Shown piece after piece: positions 57,995-64,000 of a DNA stretch of 64,000 nucleotides. The DNA is from Clostridia bacterium (GTDB lineage Bacteria > Bacillota > Clostridia > Saccharofermentanales > Saccharofermentanaceae). Position numbers and translations under genes: made by a program. The notes beneath the pieces are model-generated. The model ran no database searches. It saw only the letters and a program-made list of their open reading frames with translations, and was not told the DNA's origin. The stretch covers positions 11,236 through 75,235 of the forward strand of contig JAKSRF010000001.1 in assembly GCA_024403755.1 (NCBI GenBank), given 5' to 3'. Positions within the stretch are counted from its first letter, which is position 1, and every line of letters starts with the position of its first letter.

Positions 57995-59989
57995 ATGACT
58001 GCTAAGTCAGCGTATGGTAACGAGAGTATTACTTCTTTAAAAGGTCCTGATCGTGTAAGAAAACGTCCGGGCGTTATTTTTGGTTCTGATAACCTTGATG
58101 GTTGTGTTCATTCGTTTTTTGAGATTTTGTCTAATTCAATAGATGAGGCCAGAGAAGGATACGGTAAAAAGATAATTATTACCAAATATAAGGATGGTTC
58201 ATTACAGGTAGAGGACTTCGGAAGAGGTATTCCTCTTGATTTTAATACCAAGGAGAACAGATATAACTGGGAACTTGTTTATTGTGAGCTCTATGCAGGC
58301 GGTAAATATGATAATAACAGTGCCGGTGATTATACCTTCTCTTTGGGACTTAACGGTCTCGGTGCCTGTGCAACGCAGTATGCTTCTGAGTTCTTTGAGG
58401 TTACTGTATTCAGAGACGGATATAAGTATCATCTTGACTTCGAGAAGGGTGAAGTTAAGGGAGAACTTCAAAAGGAGCCTTACAGATTTAAGCGTACCGG
58501 TACAATACAAAGGTGGAAGCCGGATTCAGAGGTTTTTACTGATGTAAATGTTCCTATAGAAAGAATAAAAGATATAGTTAAACGACAGTCTGTAATTAAT
58601 TCCGGTATTGAATTCACCATCGTTGATGAGGAGACAGGTGAAGAGATTACTTATGTTTATCCTGAAGGAATAAAGGGATACGTTGATGAGTTATCACAGA
58701 TGAAGGGATTTACCGAGGCTTATTCATTCTCAGGAAGCGGTAAGGGCAGAGATGCCGATGACAGACCGATTTACAGTGTAAATGCTGAAGTGGCTTTTTG
58801 CTTCAATAATGAAATAAATGTAATTGAATATTTCCATAATTCAAGTTTTCTTGAACATGGCGGTTCTCCTGATAAGGCTGTAAGAGCAGCTTTTTTATCC
58901 GAAGTCGATAAGCAGATTAAGGCAAGAGATAAATATAAAGCAGGCGAGAGTAAGATTACTTTCCAGGATGTGCAGGATTCTTTGATTATTGTATCTAACA
59001 CGTTCTCAACGCAGACTTCTTATGAGAATCAGACAAAGAAGGCTATTAACAATAAATTTGTTCAGGATTTCATGACAGAACTTATTAAGAAAGAACTTGA
59101 GATATGGTTTATTGAGAATAAAGCTCTTGCCGATAAGGTTGTTGAACAGGTTCTTGTAAATAAACACGCGAGAGAAAATGCCGAGAAAACTAAGATAAAT
59201 ATCAAGAAGAAGCTTCAAGGTAACATTGATATAAACAACAGAATTAAAAAATTTGTTGATTGCAGAACAAAGGACATCAATATTCGCGAACTGTATATAG
59301 TAGAGGGTGATTCTGCTTTGGGTTCCGTAAAGACAGGACGAGATGCAGAGTTTCAGGCTGCTATGCCTGTAAGAGGAAAAATTCTTAATTGCCTTAAGGC
59401 TGATTATGCAACAATTTTTAAGAGTGAAATTATTACTGATTTGGTTAAGGTTCTCGGTTGCGGAGTAGAAATATCCAATAAACATACCAAGGACATGAGT
59501 GCATTTAATCTTGATTTGCTTCGTTGGAATAAGATTGTCATTTGTACCGATGCCGATGTCGACGGTTTCCAGATAAGAACTCTTATCCTTGCAATGATTT
59601 ACAGATTGATGCCGACTCTTATTGAGAAGGGTTATGTTTATATTGCCGAATCACCGCTTTTCGAGATTACGTATACTCCTAAGAATAAAAAGGAAGGCGA
59701 GAAGACGATGTTTGCCTTTGATGAGAAAGAGAAGGCAGAGATTCTTGCAAAATATGATAACAGTTGTCTTAATATTCAACGTTCCAAAGGTTTGGGTGAG
59801 AATACCTCTGATATGATGTGGGAAACTACAATGAATCCTAAAACCAGACGATTAATCCGAGTTTGTCCTGATGAGGCTCAGAAGATGGCTGATGTTTTTG
59901 ATTTGTTGCTCGGTGATAATTTGGCCGGAAGAAAGCAGCATATAGAAGAAGACGGACATCTGTATCTGGATATGCTTGATATAGTTTAA
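57995..59989 (+). CDS. Type IIA topoisomerase subunit B (topo IV ParE-like)
   Basis: VRKRPG, EILSNSIDE, DFGRGIP, GLNGLG, EGDSA, TDADVDG, RSKGLGE. Confidence 0.9.
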   Translation: MTAKSAYGNESITSLKGPDRVRKRPGVIFGSDNLDGCVHSFFEILSNSIDEAREGYGKKIIITKYKDGSLQVEDFGRGIPLDFNTKENRYNWELVYCELYAGGKYDNNSAGDYTFSLGLNGLGACATQYASEFFEVTVFRDGYKYHLDFEKGEVKGELQKEPYRFKRTGTIQRWKPDSEVFTDVNVPIERIKDIVKRQSVINSGIEFTIVDEETGEEITYVYPEGIKGYVDELSQMKGFTEAYSFSGSGKGRDADDRPIYSVNAEVAFCFNNEINVIEYFHNSSFLEHGGSPDKAVRAAFLSEVDKQIKARDKYKAGESKITFQDVQDSLIIVSNTFSTQTSYENQTKKAINNKFVQDFMTELIKKELEIWFIENKALADKVVEQVLVNKHARENAEKTKINIKKKLQGNIDINNRIKKFVDCRTKDINIRELYIVEGDSALGSVKTGRDAEFQAAMPVRGKILNCLKADYATIFKSEIITDLVKVLGCGVEISNKHTKDMSAFNLDLLRWNKIVICTDADVDGFQIRTLILAMIYRLMPTLIEKGYVYIAESPLFEITYTPKNKKEGEKTMFAFDEKEKAEILAKYDNSCLNIQRSKGLGENTSDMMWETTMNPKTRRLIRVCPDEAQKMADVFDLLLGDNLAGRKQHIEEDGHLYLDMLDIV

Positions 59990-60004
59990 TTCACGAGGTT
60001 TGTT

Positions 60005-62236
60005 ATGGCTGATAAGAAGAATAAAAAAGATACAACGAATATTCCTGATATGCCTGCAGTTGAGCAGAAGATAACTGATACACTTGAGCTGAACTATATG
60101 CCGTATGCAATGAGTGTTATTGTATCTCGTGCTATTCCGGAAATAGACGGTTTTAAGCCTTCCCACAGAAAGCTTTTATATACAATGTATAAGATGGGTT
60201 TAATCAATGGAAGAAGAACTAAGTCTTCTAATGTTGTCGGTGCAACGATGAAGCTCAATCCTCACGGTGATATGGCAATTTATGAGACTATGGTACGACT
60301 GGCAAGGGACCATGAGGCTCTTTTGCATCCATATGTAGATTCCAAGGGTAACTTTGGTAAGCATTATTCTCGTGATATGCAGTTTGCTGCTCCTCGATAT
60401 ACTGAGGTTAAGCTTGAGAAGCTGTGTGAGGAATTATTTGACGGTATTGATAAGGATGCCGTTGATATGATAGATAATTATGACGGCTCTATGAAAGAAC
60501 CGGTTCTTCTTCCTGCAACATTTCCGTCTGTTCTTGTAAACAGTAATCAGGGTATTGCCGTAGGTATGGCTTCAAATGTTTGTTCATTTAACTTGGAAGA
60601 AGTATGTAATGCAACTATTGCACTTATTAAGGATCCGCAAGCAGATATACTTGATATTATGCCGGCGCCTGATTTTATCGGTGGTGGAAATATTGTTTAT
60701 AATAAAGAGCAGATGCGTCAGATTTATGAGAGCGGTAAGGGCTCTATAGCAATCAGAAGTAACTACAGTGTTGATAAGAGCAGTAATATTATTGAGATTA
60801 CTCAAATTCCTTATACGACGAGTATTGATTTAATCATTGATAAGATTATCGAGAATGTTAAGGCAGGAAAACTGAAGGAAGTCAGTGATGTAAGAGATGA
60901 GACTGATAAAGGCGGACTTAAGCTTGCAATTGATTGTAAGCGAGGTACCGATCATGAGGCTCTTATGGCAAAATTGTACAGATATACACCGCTTGAAGAC
61001 AGTTTCTCATGTAATTTTAATCTTCTTATTAACGGTTCTCCTAAGGTTCTCGGTGTATACAGTATTATTAACGAATGGATTAACTGGAGACGTAATTGTG
61101 TCGTAAGACAGTTGAAATTTGATTTGGATAAGAAGAAACAGAAGCTTCATCTTTTGGAAGGCTTGGCTGCTATTCTTATTGATATTGATAAGGCCATAGC
61201 TATTATCCGTAATACTGAACTTGAAGAAGAGGTTGTACCGAATTTGATTAAGGGTTTTGGTATTGATGAGATTCAGGCTGAATATGTTGCTGAGATTAAA
61301 CTTCGTAATATAAATAAACAGTATATTATGAAGAGACTTGAGGAGAAGACAAAGCTTATTGAAGAGATAAATGACATTATCGATATCCTTGATAAGCCGA
61401 AGAGAGTTGACAATTTAATTATTGAGAAGCTTAAAACTGTCATTAAAAAGTATTCACAGGAACGTAAGAGCAAACTCATAGAACAGGAAAATGTTAATAC
61501 TTATGAACCGTCTGTGGAGATTGCTGATTATCGTGTCAGAGTTATGCTTTCCAGACATGGTTATCTTAAGAAACACACACTTGTGTCTTTGAGAAGTGCA
61601 GGAGAACTCAAGGTTAAGGATGACGATGAGATTTTTCTTGATGTTGAGTGCAATAATAAGAGTGAGATATTGTTTTTCTCCAATCTTGGAAATGTTTATA
61701 AAGCCAGGACATATGATTTTAATGAGACAAAGCCTTCGGATTACGGTTTTTATCTGACCAATGAGCTTGGACTTGAAGCAGATGAACAGATAGTTCATAT
61801 GGAAATTACTTCAGATTATTCAGGTAATTTGATGATTGGCTTTGCAAACGGTAAGGTGGCTTTGTTCCCGCTTAATGTTTATGAGACAAAGCAGAATCGT
61901 AAGAAACTTATAAATGCATTCTCATCCCTGTCACCGGCTGTATCGTTCATTCTTTTGGAAGAGAATAAAGAATTTGATATGGTTGCGAGAAGTAATCTGA
62001 AGAAGGCCATTGTATTTAAGTCATCATTGGTACCATTGAAGTCTACAAGAACAACGCAGGGTGTTCAACTTCTTACTTCAAAGAAGGGCTCAGAGATGAT
62101 AAGCATAAATTATTTGGAAAAGGAAGGACTGAATGATCCTGAATATTACAGAGTAAGAAGAATTCCTGCAACCGGTTATTATCTTAAAGAGGATGCTTTT
62201 GAGAGCAGACAGTTGACAATTGACGGATTGGATTAA
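60005..62236 (+). CDS. Type IIA topoisomerase subunit A (topo IV ParC-like)
   Basis: DGFKPSHR, PHGD, catalytic AAPRYTE, GIAVGMA; short CTD with no recognisable GyrA box. Confidence 0.9.
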   Translation: MADKKNKKDTTNIPDMPAVEQKITDTLELNYMPYAMSVIVSRAIPEIDGFKPSHRKLLYTMYKMGLINGRRTKSSNVVGATMKLNPHGDMAIYETMVRLARDHEALLHPYVDSKGNFGKHYSRDMQFAAPRYTEVKLEKLCEELFDGIDKDAVDMIDNYDGSMKEPVLLPATFPSVLVNSNQGIAVGMASNVCSFNLEEVCNATIALIKDPQADILDIMPAPDFIGGGNIVYNKEQMRQIYESGKGSIAIRSNYSVDKSSNIIEITQIPYTTSIDLIIDKIIENVKAGKLKEVSDVRDETDKGGLKLAIDCKRGTDHEALMAKLYRYTPLEDSFSCNFNLLINGSPKVLGVYSIINEWINWRRNCVVRQLKFDLDKKKQKLHLLEGLAAILIDIDKAIAIIRNTELEEEVVPNLIKGFGIDEIQAEYVAEIKLRNINKQYIMKRLEEKTKLIEEINDIIDILDKPKRVDNLIIEKLKTVIKKYSQERKSKLIEQENVNTYEPSVEIADYRVRVMLSRHGYLKKHTLVSLRSAGELKVKDDDEIFLDVECNNKSEILFFSNLGNVYKARTYDFNETKPSDYGFYLTNELGLEADEQIVHMEITSDYSGNLMIGFANGKVALFPLNVYETKQNRKKLINAFSSLSPAVSFILLEENKEFDMVARSNLKKAIVFKSSLVPLKSTRTTQGVQLLTSKKGSEMISINYLEKEGLNDPEYYRVRRIPATGYYLKEDAFESRQLTIDGLD

Positions 62237-62242
62237 CTTCAG

Positions 62243-64000
62243 ATGGACAGATATTCATTCGATGATATTCACAGACATGAAAATTCAAAGCATTCACTAT
62301 TTGATGTTTTAGTATTGGCTTTGTCTGTAGTTGTATTTATTGCTTCGATAGGAGTAATGATTTATGTCGACAGAAGTAATGAGAAGTCAGTCAGTGTAAT
62401 ACCTGCTTTCAAGCTTGCGATGAATGAAGGAAGGTATGATGATGCACTTGAGATGTATCGTAATCTTCAGGAAACTGTACTGGAGGCTAATCCTAACGAT
62501 AGTAATGAGCAGATTAAAAAAGATGTAGCAACTATGGGTGAGATGGAAGCAATAGTTGAGGAACAATTTAATCAGCTAACGGCTACGATGTTGTCTGAAA
62601 GATACGAACTTAATTCTAAGGATATTACTTTCCTTAGTGAGATGCATGAGATTGTATCATATTTTGTCGGCGGTTGGATGAATAATCTGTGTGAAGATTT
62701 TATTCTCGGAAAACTGGAAAAGCCTGATGCTGTTTTTATCTTTAATCAGATGTTGTTGGTTGACAATCTTACCTACCTTGTAAATCCGTTGTTTGCCGAA
62801 CTTGATTCTATAGAGAAATCTCAGGGTAACTGTGAGATTGCTGAGAACTACTATAATAACGGTGATTATGTTCAATCTGTTCAAGCATATCAGGCGGTAG
62901 CGGATAATGCTTCCGGTTTTGTGTTGGATTTTGCACTTTCGCGTGTAAATGAAATTAAAGAAATAATGCATCAGCCAATGATTGATGAGGGTGAGCATAT
63001 GCTTGACCGTTTTCAATATTATTCTGCGGAGGAATTGTTTTCAGATTTAGCTGTGATTTTTCCGGATGACCAGAGAATTAATTCAGATTTACTTGAAGCA
63101 ACATCACATACCGTTGAGACTGGCGAATATAACGGAACCGTACAGGTTTTGTGTATAAGACAGCTTATTGCAGATAATGAAGTTGCTTTCGGTGTAGCAC
63201 ATGTTGAGACCAATGAGGATTTGTTTCTGACTACATCTGAGTTTGAGAAAATTTTGGAACAACTTTATCAGAATAATTATGTCATTGTTGATGCTGAAGG
63301 ATTGGCAGATTTATCTAATACAGGTTATCTTGTTGAACAGTCACTTGTAGTACCGGTAGGTAAGAAACCTGTTGTACTTGTTATAGAGGCTTTAGATTAT
63401 AATGTGCATAATATTTCTTCAGGTTGTTGCAGTCGATTGGTATTAAATGATCAGAATCAGATTTGCGGTGAGTATACCGACGCTCTCGGAAATACTGTTG
63501 TCAGCAGAAAGTCGGAAGCTATCGGTATTCTTGATGAATTTATCGAAGAACATCCTGATTTTTCCTACAATGGTGCCAAGGGAGTAATATCATTGTGCGG
63601 ATATGAAGCTTGCTTTGGTTATGTTGTGGATGAGGATGAATTAGATGACAGAAACCAGGCATTAACTTCTAATGGTTTTGCTTCAATCAGTCTTTCGGCT
63701 GAAGAGATAGCAGCGAACAGAACTACTGTTCAGAACATTGCTTCTGTTTTGTCTGATTCAGGATGGAAGTTTGCGTCATCGACTTACGGTAATATTAATG
63801 CAGCCGAAGCAGATATGGAGACGATTCAGGCAGATACTCAGAAATGGAACAACCAAATCGGTTCTTTGCTCGGTGAGGTTCATATTATTGTTTACCCGGG
63901 CGGAAACTACATTAAAGGTACGGACGACAGAGCAAATTATCTAAAGAGTCTCGGTTTCAGAATATTTATGGGAGTCGGTGCAAATCCGTATTATATATAT
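62243..64000 (+). CDS. Membrane-anchored protein with helical region and degenerate polysaccharide-deacetylase-like domain (runs off right edge; not in ORF track)
   Basis: My translation is open from ATG 62243 to the edge (586 codons). N-terminal TM, then SEFEKILEQLYQNNYVIVD, GKKPVVL, FIEEHPDFSYNGAKG, GWKFASSTYGN. Confidence 0.7.
   Translation, partial: MDRYSFDDIHRHENSKHSLFDVLVLALSVVVFIASIGVMIYVDRSNEKSVSVIPAFKLAMNEGRYDDALEMYRNLQETVLEANPNDSNEQIKKDVATMGEMEAIVEEQFNQLTATMLSERYELNSKDITFLSEMHEIVSYFVGGWMNNLCEDFILGKLEKPDAVFIFNQMLLVDNLTYLVNPLFAELDSIEKSQGNCEIAENYYNNGDYVQSVQAYQAVADNASGFVLDFALSRVNEIKEIMHQPMIDEGEHMLDRFQYYSAEELFSDLAVIFPDDQRINSDLLEATSHTVETGEYNGTVQVLCIRQLIADNEVAFGVAHVETNEDLFLTTSEFEKILEQLYQNNYVIVDAEGLADLSNTGYLVEQSLVVPVGKKPVVLVIEALDYNVHNISSGCCSRLVLNDQNQICGEYTDALGNTVVSRKSEAIGILDEFIEEHPDFSYNGAKGVISLCGYEACFGYVVDEDELDDRNQALTSNGFASISLSAEEIAANRTTVQNIASVLSDSGWKFASSTYGNINAAEADMETIQADTQKWNNQIGSLLGEVHIIVYPGGNYIKGTDDRANYLKSLGFRIFMGVGANPYYIY

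Noticed and set aside
1753-63944. Dozens of 60-140 aa ORFs antisense to or nested in long genes (e.g. 3490-3918, 13188-13496, 34981-35403, 62657-63016)
   Set aside because: Shadow ORFs of well-supported genes, with no RBS or family motifs.
1-64000. CRISPR array, rRNA, intact transposase or prophage genes
   Set aside because: No regularly spaced repeats, rRNA-like sequence, DDE/HUH motifs or phage structural genes were seen.

Overview
This is 64 kb of mostly core chromosome from an AT-rich anaerobic Firmicute (Clostridia; the gene content suggests a Ruminococcaceae/Hungateiclostridiaceae-like rumen or gut organism, which is inference). Housekeeping genes include metK, recD2, comF, cysE-cysS-mrnC-rlmB, tig-clpX, valS, fba, ppx-ppk1, galM, gltX-glnS, infC-rpmI-rplT, trkA-trkH, xerC, asd, uppP, citrate synthase and a topo IV-like pair. 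RNA elements are a probable 6S RNA, an L20 leader and seven tRNAs. Both window edges cut genes missing from the ORF track: a CpaF/TadA-like ATPase on the left and a deacetylase-like membrane protein on the right. There are three small accessory patches. (1) At 30.0-34.0 kb: an Xre pseudogene, a multi-hairpin non-coding block, an ATPase/PD-(D/E)xK protein, an ADP-ribosyltransferase-like protein and a membrane protein. (2) A hydrolase scar behind tRNA-Tyr. (3) A single AT-rich gene enclosed by inverted repeats at 53.3-53.8 kb. The most notable signals are that repeat-bounded cassette, the candidate ATPase-nuclease/ART defence pair, and several apparent pseudoenzymes (AroB-like, M28-like, deacetylase-like) that have intact ORFs but have lost catalytic or metal ligands. 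No CRISPR array, rRNA or intact transposase was seen. Family assignments come from motif recognition only; no database searches were run.
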